From the NCBI GenBank assembly GCA_964234715.1, contig OZ174286.1: a stretch of DNA of 64,000 nucleotides. One strand, written 5' to 3'. This DNA is from Podarcis melisellensis (taxonomy: Eukaryota). Below the pieces are notes generated by a model, which was given only the letters and a program-made list of their open reading frames with translations, did no database searches and had not been told where the DNA came from. How positions within the stretch are numbered: the first letter of the stretch is position 1; the number at the start of each line of letters is the position of its first letter. The translations under genes and the position numbers were made by a program. Below are positions 12,023-25,414 of this stretch, piece by piece.

Positions 12023-12599
12023 CTATCTTCTTGGAGATTCTGCCGTCTCACAACACACGGAAACACTGAATCACAGCTTTCGTTCCAACAGATCTATTGA
12101 CAACTCCTTGGTCTGTAACACTCAACCCACATGAAACGTCAACACAGAGAAGAGCAGCAATTACAGAAAAAGAAAAAAAGGAAACAAGCAGAGAATGGGG
12201 AGTGTATTATTCTTCCAGCGCACTCAGTGCATGAACAGAATAGCAAACTTAAGTGTACAGTTGTATAGTAATTGGCATGTTCAAGTGTCAATCATAAACA
12301 AAAATTGGGCATTTGAACTGCATTGGCATTTATATGAACATAGAAAAACCATTTCATAGTCAGGCTATTTTTTCACCTGGCCCAGCACAATCCCCAACAG
12401 AGATTCTCCAACACTTCTTCCCTGCCCTGTCACCTCACATCCTTTTAGCTGGAGGTTATTTGGCTTGAAGCTAAAGACATTTATTATCAAGCAAAGGAGG
12501 ATTATCTGCTCTTCTGTGCAACGTACCATAATCACTGTTACATATTTTTTCAATTTCATCATGGCACCACCTGTACTGCATGCAAAGCCACTCTCCTTC

Positions 12600-13304
12600 A
12601 CAGGAGGGCGGGCTTGCATGCTGGCCTTGCACTCTCCCACTTAGCGGGGGCATGTCAAGTCCCCCGTGTCACTGGGGAGTCCCGGCCCGCATCACAGCTG
12701 CAGCCAGCCAATCTGGCTGGCTGGGGGGCGTGGTTTGCCGCATTTAAGCAGCCGCACAGCCGGGAACTCTTCCTTCAGCTTCCTGCTCCCGCGGATCTTG
12801 GTTGGTCGCCTGTTGAGGGGGCCTGGTAGGAATTTTTCCACTTGGCAGATTGGCACCAGCCACTTGGTTTTCGCCTACCTCGTAGCTAATCGTCACAACT
12901 TTGTAAGGTTTGGAGGTTAGGCACTGGAAAAGCTTGGTGGACGGGAGGGGAGGTTGTGGCCATCACCTGCCCTTCCCCTTTAAGGGCATTACATTAAAGG
13001 AATCCGGGGGTCGTGGTTCCTGTCCAAAGCCTGGGTAGACACGACCTCTCCAGTGACCCTGAGGGGAGCTCTGAGTTGATGTACATCAACAGGGCTCCCC
13101 CTGCTGGTGGTTAATCCTTGAGAGACTCTCTGCATGGGGTGCAGGAGTCAGATATAGTCTGTTTGGGTCCAATGCCTAAGCCAATACCACTCACATTCTG
13201 TAACCAATAAGGTTGTGGCCTGTATTAGCCCATTAACCTAAAATACTGGTGTCCACGTGTTTTATTCATCAAATGGGGTGGAGGGTGGGCCTTGACGCAC
13301 AACA
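12600..13304 (+). mobile_element. LTR- or DIRS/Ngaro-like terminal repeat
   Basis: CCAAT box, GC box, TATA-like atttaagc, polyA-like aataag; TGTCAAG...CTTGACG inverted ends; boundaries approximate. Confidence 0.5.
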
Positions 13305-13574
13305 GTGAAAGCAAGGTGAGCTGGGGCTTCATTCAAAGAGGGTGGAGCTACAGACAGAACATGGCCACCTCTATCTAAGGAGCTCTTTGGTGATGAATAC
13401 CTGGCAGTCAGGAAGAAATGCTGGCTAAGCAAACACATTTCATGAACTGGCAGACATGTTATTCAATGTTCAGCTGTGCAAGTGAACACATGTCCAGGCA
13501 TCTAGAAGTGAGTGAACAGGATAACAAAAAATGCCAGTTTGTCATTTTGGACTTGTTCACAGGGAGGAACCTAG

Positions 13575-14208
13575 ATACATATCATAAAACTCAACAGAAG
13601 CTAGAGAAACTACCTTTGCGTGTTTTTATTATCATTGAAACGAGTAGATATCTCATCTCACCAATGGCATATTTAACTAATCTTGAAGAAACAAAACAGC
13701 TTTCACCCTGGCTCATTGCAAGGCTCTCCCCTCAGCCATCCAGAAGGTCATTTCAGGAAGACAACCTTATGAGGAGAGAAAATGTCCCTGTGGCTCTGAG
13801 AAACAATTGAACATGGTTTTTTCCCCATTGCCAGTATTATACAAATATACATGCCATGTTCATTCTGCCAATAATACACAAATTTCCAGGACACATAGAC
13901 CAATTCTATATATCTTTATTGCTCCAAGATATAAACCCTGATATAACATATTCAGTCGCCAGATATTGTGCTGCTATGATGGACATACGTCGGAGGAGGG
14001 TATGTACCACACAACTGAAGGTTTACATCTGCTTGACTTAGATGCCTTATGTGTTTTTATCTTATCCTGGTCTATCATAACTGAGAGAATGAGTATGAGT
14101 GCCCCTTACTTTTACAGTTGCCCTCTTGCCTATTTAGCAGCCTCTACTTGTGTTTGTAGGTGCTTTCACCTTATGCTGGCCTATGGGCGTAATAAAGATT
14201 TGACTTGA
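13575..14208 (+). mobile_element. Decayed 3' end of RTE-X-like LINE
   Basis: Frameshifted peptides YLTNLE..AFTLA..ALPSA..RKCPCGSE..HCQYY..LLLQDINPDITYSVARY align by eye with the C-terminus of the 59.5-60.6 kb LINE; AATAAA plus (GACTT)-like tail. Confidence 0.7.
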
Positions 14209-14964
14209 TACCTTTCCATCTAACCTACCTAGCAAGGCTGAGAGGAGTTTAAAATGGAGTAGCCCCACACGTATCACCTTTCCTTTCTTGTTCAGTCTGC
14301 TCCTAATTCATGTGCTGTTGGCAGATGCTCTCCAACTGCCTCCCCACGCCTTCTGCCATATGGCTTTGCATATTTGGAACAGTCTAACCCACTTTCTTTC
14401 ACAAGCCACCCCTCCCACACATCCCTCAAAACCCATTTCTTCTTACAGACTTTCCTGAACTGTCACAACTATCTTTCTCTTTTATGGTGTTGTCAGCTGT
14501 CAGTTAACTTTTCCCTATCCTTAATTCCCTAATTAAGCACACTCAGTGCTTAATTTCAGTTGTAAGGCTTTGTGAATTTAGGTGCTCGATAAATATTCCT
14601 TTCTCAGAGGGCTGCATGTGCGCCTCAGTTCCAAAGAAGGGGATGAGAAATGCAGAATGTGGTATTAGGCTTCCTGAGGAGCTAATTGAAAAACCAAAAT
14701 GTAATTCTCAATTTATTCCTTTCTCTCTTAATCTACCTTGCTCAATGTGGTTTATATCCAAAACATCAGTTACACAGATCCACAGAAATTGGATGGAACC
14801 AAAGGAAGTATTTATCCACATTGACATCACTGATGCTCATGGATAGCTAAAAATGTGACTAACTTCTTCTGGATCCAACTCACATCAAAAACCACAAGTA
14901 AATCACAGTATATAAAAAAAGCTCATAGTATCAAGCAGTACCAAATATCAACATTAAGCACTTG

Positions 14965-15150
14965 AATCCAGTTACAGATAGGTAGCCGTGTTGGTCTGCC
15001 ATAGTCAAAACAAAATAAAAAAATTCCTTCCAGTAGCACCTTAAAGACCAACTAAGTTAGTTCTTGGTATGAGCTTTCGTGTGCATGCACACTTCTTCAG
15101 ATACCAATTCAATTTCGTGTGCATGCACACTTCTTCAGATACCAATACTT
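14965..15150. mobile_element. Penelope-like remnant with internal ~30-bp duplication
   Basis: gtagccgtgttggtctg...ccagtagcaccttaaagacc...ttcgtgtgcatgcacacttcttcagatacc (twice). Confidence 0.6.
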
Positions 15151-15870
15151 GAATCCAATTCATCAGTTCAAGATTTTACCCCCTCTAGTTCCAAGATGAC
15201 TGAAATTGTGTGCTAAAAGCTCAGGGAGGCAGGAAGAGGGCTGGATAAGCTTTCACAGTGGTTGGGGTTGGGACTTTGGTGTTCTCCATGGCTTCCTTCC
15301 CTTCCCCACTATTAAATTAAGCAGAAAGAGCACAAATTGCAAAAAAAAATTTGCAGTATGAAAAATATGCACATTTGCTCAATGCAGGTCACCGATTTAA
15401 GCTTTTCTTAGCAGAGCATTTGGCTTGCCTGGACACAGAATTGTATGCTGTGAAATATGTGAGTGGGTCATAGAGTGGAAACTTAAAACCATTTAATTCC
15501 AATGCAAGCTACATTTTCTCTAACATTATTTTCAAACCAACCCAAATGAGTTTTAACCCATGTACCATGAAAACAAAGAAGCTTGCTTTGATTATGTGTC
15601 TGCTGAGTTACACATGGGGCACTTTAGAGGGACACGTGGGGCAAGGTATTATTACAGAGCAAAGCAGCTTCTTCCAATGTAATGGCTTTTAAACGAGAAC
15701 CTGAATATGAACATGATCTTTTAAAAGGGAATTAAATGGGGAAAGTTAAGTTCTTTAGTCTTTCCCCATCAGTCAAACAATGCACGTGACTAAAACAGTC
15801 TCTCCTCTATCGTAGCTTCCCCACTGTTTGATAGTGTGAAGTTGTAATCTCTTGCTTGTGAAAATCTTAA

Positions 15871-15906
15871 GTTGCCATGGAAACTAACATGGGTTGCCAT
15901 GGAAAT
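15871..15906. promoter_or_regulatory. Tandem RFX X-box-like motifs
   Basis: GTTGCCATGGAAAC (15871-15884) and GTTGCCATGGAAAT (15893-15906); CACGTGAC E-box at 15783. Confidence 0.45.
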
Positions 15907-17386
15907 TGCTATGTCCAATTCAGTACTGCATCTTCAGAGGCTGAGGCTGGAAAGAAACAGCAACCAAGCACAAATGTTTGTAGTGACATAGTAACAAATC
16001 CAGTAAGGGCTGTTTCACATATGACCTAAGGGGCTCTGAGAGGGGGAAAAATTTGTATGGCTGAGCACAGAGCCGACACACCCACGAAGAAAGGTGAAAT
16101 GACTGCCTCAGGCAGCAGGGTCCACCAGGGCAGCAAATCCCGATGCCAGTCTTTCTTGGCCCACCTTGTTCCTGATGCAGATCTTCCCTGACCTTTTCTT
16201 CCCTGACCTTTTCTTCCCTGGTAGGGAGCGAGGGGAGCATCATATTGAGGTCTGCCTCAGGTACCCAAATGTCTTGGGCTGGCCCTGCCTAAGCACATAC
16301 ACATAAGTGAATATTTTGCCTCCTGGGGGAGGAGGGTTATTGGTTTGTTTTGTTCTTCTTCTTGTTTTTATTATGTATTTTGTGTTGTTGTTTTTTGTAT
16401 TCTTATACTGTGAACCACCCTGAGATCTACAGATGAAGAGTGGTATACAAATTTAAATAATAACAATAATAACACTATCTTTGCAAAGTACCGTATACAG
16501 TATCTTCATTTTAGTAAAAGGTAGTAAAGACTCATCTCTTTATCCTGGCCTTTGAAAACTGAAGAACTCATTTTGGTGTCCTCCCTGTAATGAGCTATAT
16601 GGAATTATTGTTTTGGGATTTTATGGGTCGTATTGGGTGTTCTTTTATTTTTCTGGTTTCACTGTGTTTTTAAATGCTGCAATCCATTCCGGGTCCTTCT
16701 GGTAAGAAGTACAACAAACAAACAAACAAACAAACAAACAAACATGTCCTAGGTATAAAGGACCTGAGTGCTAAACTACACATGACAATGATTTAGAATT
16801 ATAGGAAGCAAAGCAGATACTCAGCCACAGAGCTACATATGTTCCCAACCAAGCACAAGTGCTGTATCCCCCAATCACATGTCAAGCCGAGGGTAAGGAA
16901 TACGCAGGCAAGGGGTGATGTACTTGACGCATGCCCCCTTCCAGCTGCTTCTCTCCTTACTGGCTCAACTTCCATTACTGAAGCCCAGATAGGGGAAATA
17001 GACTTCAAAGGAAATGGCTTCAGGGGATGCACTGCCAAGGGTTGGGGAGCCATCAGAAGGGGGATAATTCAATGGCCCTCACCCACACGACCCTTTCGTG
17101 CTTTCAGCTACACTCCTCCACCACCACCCCGCAGCCCTCTTTAAGACATGGATCTATCACCCTCATGTGAAGTTGGACCTTAAGATTGAGGCAGGTCAAA
17201 GGCAAAAGGGTAGTGATTTTGCAGTCTAAATAAATGCAGTGCTTTGCCATGGAGGTGGATTGGGGTTCATGGCACACTAACAATGATGCAAATAATTTTG
17301 TACACCTTGTTGGCAATGGTAATGAGATGGAACTATTAACAGATGTAGTTCAGATTTCCAAAATGTAGGTCACATGGCCCCACTAG

Positions 17387-17505
17387 CAGGGCTCACCAGA
17401 ACTCAGTTCTGGCACCTCTGTGGTGGGCGCCATTGCCATGATAAGAGAACGAGGGAGGTGTTCATGGTGAGTTCCGGCACCTATTTTTCTAGAACAATAG
17501 CACTG
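17387..17505. mobile_element. hAT MITE
   Basis: CAG...CTG ends with 8-bp TSD CCCACTAG. Confidence 0.75.
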
Positions 17506-18164
17506 CCCACTAGGATTACCAAAACAAAGAGGATGGAAGACATGGACTGCTGAGGGTGCAGTTATCTGAGACCAGAGATAAAGTCACATGTTGAACACAG
17601 GATGGTTCATATGAGAACACAGGAACTAAAGTAAGAGAATAACTGTAGGAAGGTTCATATGAGATACTGTAAGCAGGACTGTGAAAAAACACAAAGGGAA
17701 GTAGTCAAAAGAGCTGAACAAGTGTAGGGGCGAGGAAGACCCAGGTATGCAGCTCTGTTGGGCATAGATGTATTCTCGTAAAGTCTCAGTAGTGCTGATC
17801 TAATCTCTTGCCCAAGGCCCCAAACCTTCTATGTTTTTGCAATGAAAACCAAGAGAACAAGCTGAGCTACCACTTCACAAGTGACAGACTGAGACATACT
17901 GATAGGAATTCTCCCAAGGACACCAACTCAGTAATGGACTTTGAAAGCAGGCAAGGGTGCAGCTGTCTACTGTGGACCTCTCCTGCTCCCTTTCTGACAA
18001 TACAACAAATACAACTAAAACTTTAAAAAGGGTATGCCTACTCAACTACACTTGCGAAAGATGCAAGGATGGGACACTTTGAGAAGAACAGTGTTCGCCT
18101 TTAAAAAAATGAAAAGAAAAAACTTGACCTTTTTTGCTTATTTGTATAAGTAAAAGCACCATGG

Positions 18165-18320
18165 AATCATAGAATCATGGAATTGTAGAGTTGGAAGGGA
18201 TTCTGAGAGTCATCTGGTACAACCCTCTGCAATGCAGGAATCCTGCAAACAGCTGTCCCTGGGTGGATTTGAACTACCAACCTTCTGGTTAACAGCCAGA
18301 TGCACTGACCCATTGCGCCA
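18165..18320 (-). mobile_element. tRNA-derived SINE with CR1-type (CTATGATT)n tail
   Basis: gaatcatagaatc tail, gagttggaaggg CR1 end, B-box-like sequence on the minus strand. Confidence 0.7.
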
Positions 18321-18418
18321 AGAGTTTGCTAGAGGGAACCACTACAATCACCTAAAATGAGAACACCTAAAGAGAACAATCACCTAAAGAGAACAATCAC
18401 AAAGTAATTGCTTCCACT

Positions 18419-18557
18419 CAGTGGCATAGTGTGGGTTGTCAGCACCCGGGGCAAGGCAAGTAATTTGCGCCCCCTAACCCGTGGATTTGCGCACCCTAAC
18501 CCCCAGATGTTGCGCCCGGTGCGGCCGCCCCCCTGCACCCCCCACGCTACGCCACTG
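18419..18557. mobile_element. hAT (Tip100-like) MITE
   Basis: TIR CAGTGGCATAG/CTACGCCACTG; 8-bp TSD CTTCCACT. Confidence 0.85.
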
Positions 18558-18919
18558 CTTCCACTGCATTCCCACGCTTAGCTGTATGTGCACAGCCAGT
18601 AAAAGTGATAGGTAGATCAAAGTACGACAAGCACCTTCTTTACAGTGTTGCAGGAGCAAGAAAAATGCACACACAGAATTCAGACATAAAACTACCAACT
18701 GACAAGAGTCCCGATTCCTCAGCAGAAAAAATAACTCCCCTTTACAGCAGTGATCACTGCTATTGAAACACCTGTCTCTTTGAATATACTTGTTAGCATA
18801 GCTAGTACTGGCAGTGCGCCAACAGCCCTCAGTCCTACCAAACACTGGAGCTCCAACTTGCATCATGGAGCAGTCTGAACCTCACCTCTCAGCTATGAGC
18901 ATCCGGTAGCATGTAATGC

Positions 18920-18966
<47 letters not shown>

Positions 18967-19355
18967 TTTATTATTTGTACCCTGCCCATCTGACTGGGTC
19001 TCTCCAGCCACTCTGAGCAGCTTCCAGCGTATACAGAAACATAATAAAACATCAGACATTAAAAACTTCTAAAGGTTATATACAGTATATACATGTCTTT
19101 TAAAGGATATGTAGTTACTCATCTTCTTGACATCTGATGGGAGGGTGTTGCACAGGGTGGGTGCCACCACCAAGAAGGCCCTCTGCTTGATTCCCTGTAA
19201 CTTCACTTCCTGCAGTGAGGGAACCACCAGAAGGCCCTGGGTGATGGACCTCAGTGTCCAGGCTGAACAATGGAGGTGGGGACACTCCTTTAGGTATACA
19301 AGGCCAAGGCCGTTTAGGGCTTTAAAGGTCAGTAGCAACACTTTGAATTTCATAT
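18920..19355 (-). mobile_element. L2-type LINE 3' fragment with (TAA)n tail
   Basis: Minus ORF KFKVLLLTFKALNGLG..YLKE..RAFLVVAP.L.N.LP is typical L2 ORF2 C-terminus; related copy at 61395-62330. Confidence 0.8.
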
Positions 19356-22300
19356 AGAGGCCTGGATTCACAAAGGCTAAAATTGTGCGCGCACACCCTT
19401 CAAGAAACTGGGGGGAGCTCACACAGACTGGACCATCCAGCACACCAGTTCCAAATATACTACCTAAGTCACAGTCAGGGGAAGGGACATGCTCTCACTT
19501 CACAAAAATAGAAAAGCACACCACTCAATACATGTCTGAAAACAAGCTTTATTGTCATTATGATCCATCTGTGATACACACAACTATGGAACGGGGTTTT
19601 ATTTAAAGTGTGATCTAGCATTTAAGTATTATAATCTTGACCCATACAAAATTTCTGGTCATCCTAAACTTACGACAACTTCAAAACTTAGCTGCATAAT
19701 GTACCCCTTTCTCTCCCTACTCATTCTCAAAACTGGGTAGTTTTGAAATCACCTAGGTGTTCCACATAATTAAAGCTGAAATGCCAGTCATTTGCCCATT
19801 GTCAAAATAGACCTATTTAGTGCAATGAGCAATTTCTCACAAAAAGGAAGCTATTAGAATAATATTTCTAAGTTTTGTGATGGCTTTCTGGCAGTCCATA
19901 ATAGGTCATTTTTAATTCAATTTCATCCTTTTTAATTAACTCTTCCCAGAGGCATCATCACTGGGGGATTATTTCCATTTGAATATTTCATTGTATATTT
20001 CGAAGCAGTCTGACTAGGCCAATGAGACCATCGTATTCTTTCTTCCATCAGCTAGAGCAGCCTTTGACAACCTGGTGTCCTCCAGATGTTTACCATCAGT
20101 CCCAGCCAACACAGCCAACATCTGGAGGGCACCAGGTTGGCGTAGACTGAGTTGGACCATGTTGCCCTAACCCTCAAAGAAAAAGTGCCTTTGAAGAAAG
20201 ACAATGATAACAAATTTATTATTTTAATGCACACACTGAGCATTCTGCACAAGAACCACTATGCAAGAGGGCAACTAGAAGTGGAGAAATGGTGCACGAT
20301 TTACAATTTAACTTCATTTTTCACCCTTCCGAGTTATGGAGTTGTAACTCACCAAAATGCATCAGGGTGCCCTCTCCCCTCTGCAATAAAGGGCCCCACA
20401 AGGAAGGGGTTAAAACTTTATTTATTCTGATTTAATGTGAAAGCAGGAGCCAACTCCAGGGGCCATGGGTGCTTGGGCACCCACAATAATATAATTGTGG
20501 GTGCTGGGCACCCACAAAGTCAATGAGAAAAGCTGGCAGGCGGCAGTGATGCTGCTTCTAAGAGAAAGGCGTTTCAGTTCCACCCTTCACATCCAGCAAG
20601 CGAGGCACCCTTTGGGGAGGGGGCTCAGATACAGAGGCAGATTCTCTCTGCCTTCGAGTCTGAGCCCCTTCCCACTGCAACCTGGATGTGTGACTTCACA
20701 TGCACATGCCTGTAGGTAATGTGTGTGATGTCACAGGCATGTTCATGTGACATCGCACGTCTGTGTTGTGGCAGCAGGCACCTACAATGCTGAGATTGAG
20801 ATGGCACCCCTAGGGAGAATTGCTGCTATAGCACCGTTAAGAGCAGGAGTCTCCAAACCCAAGACCCAGTGACTTACTAGGGGCTCTGGTATGACCCATG
20901 GCAACACCCGTAACTGCATGGAACACACACTATTGAGCCATCTACAGGGGAGAAAGCCACTGCTCTCCATAGCAAAAAGGGGGGCAAGAACAAAATACAG
21001 TAGATGTTATCAAGGTGAATGCATGTGGCTCCCATTTGCTTATGTGCTGAGAGATAAGAGGAATACATGGTGTAATTGGTGAGGGCAGCTAGAGTGAAGA
21101 TTAACCTTATGTGCAGACTCTGGTTCCTCCTTCAAAAGTCTGTCTCCCGTCCGCCCGCCCCCCCCACGCCCTTTTTCACAACTCAGATGGGGTGGGTGGG
21201 GAGAGATTGACTACCAGAGACAGCATTTGCAGGGAGAAATCAGAGGGGGAGGGTAAGCTCCCTTGCTGCCCACAAATTCCCCCCTCCCAACTCCATCATT
21301 ATGGGAGGAGGGATTTACAGTAGGGGAATCCTGTGTTTTCCTCGTAACATTTTGTTCCATCCTGACTCATCACTACCTACCACTACTATCTGGCACAGAA
21401 AACCCCACTGATTCCTTTTGACAGCTGACTTTCTGGAAGACTTGTGCCTGGGATCTCCAGGACATAGTAGGGAGATGAATTTATACTTCTGCTTATCCTA
21501 TTCATTCTATAAATGTTTCACTTTTTAGGAAATGTATAACTTCTGCTTATCCTATTCATTCTATATATGCTTCACATTTTAATAAAATAGATAACGTGGA
21601 GCTGCAGTAGCCATTTTTAATGTTAGGAAAGCATTACAGCACAATCCTATCAATGCTTACTCAGAAGTAGGACTGCATTTAATAGGGCTTACCTCTTGGA
21701 AAGTGTACATGGGTTTGCAGCTTTTGCCTCTAAAATGGGGGAAATTAGATACAGCAGTATCCATTATCCATTTAATGTTATCCATTAACTGGTGGTAGAA
21801 TTTATTTTTGGAAATTGAATTTTATGCAGTTGATCTATCAAGTGAACAATAAGAGGTGGTTTCTGGGCAGTTGTTAGATTGTGAATTTGGTCCTTTGCTA
21901 CAGCTTTGTACATTTCTACTGGGAATGTGCAATACTAAGTGGAACGCTATTGCATTTCTCAGTGGTTTGTAGGTGGGAGAAAAGAGAAACCTAACAAAAG
22001 AGTTGTGCTCACCATCAAATGTATCTTACCTAACCTATTATGACTTCCATGAACAGAAACGCAATTAAAGATGCAAGTGTTTAAAATGTAGAAAGGAAAC
22101 TGGTAGAAAATGGTCATTGAAACAAGCGTGGATTGAACATCCAGGGAAAGAGATACCTGCAGAAAGACCATCCGTCAATATAGGATTTTTTTAAGAAAGA
22201 AAAAAAGTGTCTCAGTATGAGAGAAACCTTAAAAACAACAAAAGTCAAAGAGAAGGAAAGGCAGAGGAGCAGGAAGCAATCAGTGAGGCTCCTAGCTGTA

Positions 22301-23989
22301 GGAGTGGGAATGAGAAGTGGGAATGAGAAGTGGGAATGAGATGTGGAGTGTGGCTCTTTGTCTTTGTTCATCCTTTTGCATGATCTCTGCTTCTCATTTC
22401 AGCAGGACCCCACTGGCACTTCCTTTGTCTATCAATCCCATTGTGTTTGGCTATCGGGACAAAATCCTCTTTATCTTCAAAGAAACAAGAAAATAAAACA
22501 TCTCATCAGATTTTGAAAGGTTATCAAAATCACACTTAGGAAGGATTCGCAAGTCTATGTTTTTAAAAATAGATGGAGAGAGGGAATATTTTTAAAAATA
22601 TTTGCTTGGAATCAAGGAGTGGAAGGAACAAATCCTCATGATTGGTTTGTCAAGTCCATGCAGTACTGCAGTGACTGGAAGTTTTGCTTTTCAAAGAAAA
22701 AATTAATACATTTCCTTCAAAATGCAGATATGTATTTTTTTCTGCTTCAGTGACAATGAGCTGTTAAAACTGCACTTTGTCAACCTACTGTTTTCTTAAC
22801 AGCAAGCTCTTAACTGCATGCATGAATGAAAGAATGAATGAGCCTTCTGTGGAAAATATGCATCATACAACATCACTATTTCAGTAGATTCGGCAATGTC
22901 AATAGTTGCTCAAAATAATATAGTAAGACCGACTTGTGGGGCAAGATAAGAAAAACACCATTCAGAGATAAAAGAAAAAGAATCTCTTTTAAAACGGCCT
23001 TTTTTTAAAAAAAAAAAGTGAAGACCATTACTTTCTTTGTCATAGTAATGAATTCTGGCTTGCACTTCCTAGGGAAATGAGAAGCCGAAATAGTACATTT
23101 CTGTCTTGATTAGATTCATTTTGAACACGCCAATGCAGATAGCTTGCCTTTTCTGCCTGACATTAGTAAAGCTAGATTTTTTAAAAGGAGCAATAACATT
23201 TTCATTTACTAATCAATTTAAAGCAAGGGCGAATAAAGGCACAATAAGGCACACCGTGGATAAAGATTAAGACAGTGAGTCGGTATTTAATTGAGAAACC
23301 TGCTCCTGATACTGTTAGTTACAAAAAAGCAAAAACCTTAGGGTAAATAAAGAAAGAAAGAAGGGAGGAATGCAGGCATTTTAAAATACCATCACCAATG
23401 AAGTTCTTCCTGTGCCCAGTCAGAAAGGACAAAACGGTGAAGGGGAAACTGCACTTCATTCTCCCGTCTGTTCCCCTACTTGCTATACCAACTTCCATTG
23501 CCAGCTGTGAATTGCTACAGCTAAGTAAGACAAGAGGCAAGAGAGATTTCAAACCCAAGATACCTACTTAACAAGGGTTCAAAATCTCACCAATGTAGGC
23601 CACAGGCAGCAAATGTATGGCTGTCCAAACCTTTTTGGACTCACACCCATCAGCGAGCCAGCAAGGCTAATGGCTCAGGGATGATGGGAGTTGTAGTGCA
23701 GCAACATCTGGAAGGCCACAGCTTCCCCCTCCTTGATGCAGACCAAGGTGTCTTTCAGTCTCCAACATTCCAGCATTTCTCAGGCTGAAGGAAGTAGAAC
23801 TTTTATTACATCATGAGAGGAACAGCTCTAAGGATCCTTTCTCACATTTGCAATGACTCCTTCCTGGGCCATAAAGGTAAATGTCAGAAGCCCAGAGCTG
23901 CATTGGAAGGGTCCAGCTGCAGACATCCTGTTGTATCAGAATCATTCTTCCTGCAAGCTTGGGCTTCTTCTTTGCCTTACGTGAACACA

Positions 23990-24115
23990 GCCTTAACAGT
24001 GAGTCCGTGAGTGGCTGTGGAGGCCAATTCTGGATACACACATCCTTCCACAGAGGTGACATAAGTTTTCACGTGGGCTTTGATCATGGTGAGGGTTTGC
24101 CAAATATTGGCAACA
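23990..24115 (-). mobile_element. RTE-clade LINE C-terminal fragment
   Basis: CHLCGRMCVSRIGLHSHSRTH matches the RTE terminal C2H2-like 'SRIGLxSH' motif. Confidence 0.7.
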
Positions 24116-24834
24116 CCAGCATGAGGAACAGCCATTGTGTGGGCTCCTCCCAGGCAGCCCAGGACTTTTGCGGCACAGAAATGAGCCACATAACATAATG
24201 GTTTCCTTGCTTCAAGCCTAAGAATAGGGTCTCGGCTGAGTCTAAATAATGTGAATAAGCAGCTTCCTGTGGGGCACTTTTGCTGGCATACACTTTAAAG
24301 ACTTTCAAAACCAACTTTCGTTTCTGTACCACCACGGGCATCCTTGCCTCCTGACACACATACAAACAAATTTATAAGTTACTTCTACTTTGTTTATCAG
24401 CTGAATAGAGCAACCACATACTATCATTTCAGAAATCAGTTTATACCCCCCAAAAAAGTGTTCAGTCCAATTCTAAGGCAAAAGTGATATTCTAATAGCC
24501 AAACCAAACATTTTGGAAAGTGTGGTTCACTGTGAGGTATGCGTACGTTAAAAACGGAGAAAGTAGCTACACTGTATTGTCTCAGTTGAAAGAAATGTGA
24601 ATGAACACTACTGGAAAAAGAGGCAAGTGGGATCTAGACCAGGAGGAGATAGGCTGTGGCCCCTCCAGACACTGCTGGACTTGAACGCTCATCAGCCCCA
24701 GCCAGCACAGTGAATGGTTAGGGATGACAGGAGCTTTAATCCAACATCTGGTGGGCCACGGGTTTTCTATCTCTGATACAGGCTGTGGAGGAGGAAGGTG
24801 AGTGGAATCTAGTAAGTGAAGAAATAAGAACGTA

Positions 24835-25076
24835 CAGTGGTACCTCAGTTTTTGAACATCTCTGTTGACGAACATTTCAGTTTTCGAACACCATAAACCT
24901 AGAAGTAAATGCTTCATTTTTCAAACACGCCTTGGAAGTTGAACATGCCATGCGGCTTCCACTGAGTGCAGAATCCTGAGGCCTAGCTGTTTGCTATTGA
25001 GTTTTTGATTTTCAAACGTTTCAGACCTCAAATGGTCTTCCAGAACAGATCACGTTCAAAAACTGAGGTACCACTG
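24835..25076. mobile_element. Tc1/mariner MITE (second family)
   Basis: TIR CAGTGGTACCTCAGTTTTTGAAC / GTTCAAAAACTGAGGTACCACTG; TA TSD. Confidence 0.9.
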
Positions 25077-25414
25077 TATTTTTGCAGAGCCTGGCTAGCC
25101 TCCAACTAGAAGCCCTGTGATCTTCTAACAGAGTATCCACAATGATTCTACCAGAATTTAACTTTGTTTCAACCTCCAGCTCCACAGCTAGACTTCCTTG
25201 CCCAACTCTACGTTCCACTTCTTGGCTTCATTAAACTCCAGCAATTGCCTGTCAGTCCAGCTATATTACTGTCTTGCATGCCCAGTAGTATTTTTCTGGA
25301 CTGGGAGGTTCTTGTTTCTGTCTTGCAGACTTCCCACTCTGCAGTGCTACCAGGTACTCCACCAGGACTAGGGAGTAGGTTCCAGACTACCCTTCCAATT
25401 GAGCTGCTCACTTA

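Noticed and set aside
12377-12470. Possible minus-strand exon (FKPNNLQLKGCEVT...)
   Set aside because: Weak donor (GTGAAA) and no recognisable protein similarity
13956-13976. Minus-strand TAGCAGCACAATATCTGGCGA resembling miR-15/16/195
   Set aside because: Lies within LINE ORF2-derived sequence; no precursor hairpin evident
18474-18502. CTAACCC motifs suggesting telomerase RNA template or telomeric repeat
   Set aside because: Inside a 139-bp TSD-flanked MITE; no TERC architecture
21485-21581. ~43-bp direct repeat pair (similar 22-bp pair at ~39097/39138)
   Set aside because: Ordinary local tandem duplications; only two units, not CRISPR-like, eukaryotic context
23323-23335. AAAAAGCAAAA resembling the MALAT1 triple-helix A-tract
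   Set aside because: No upstream U-rich tracts and no downstream tRNA-like element
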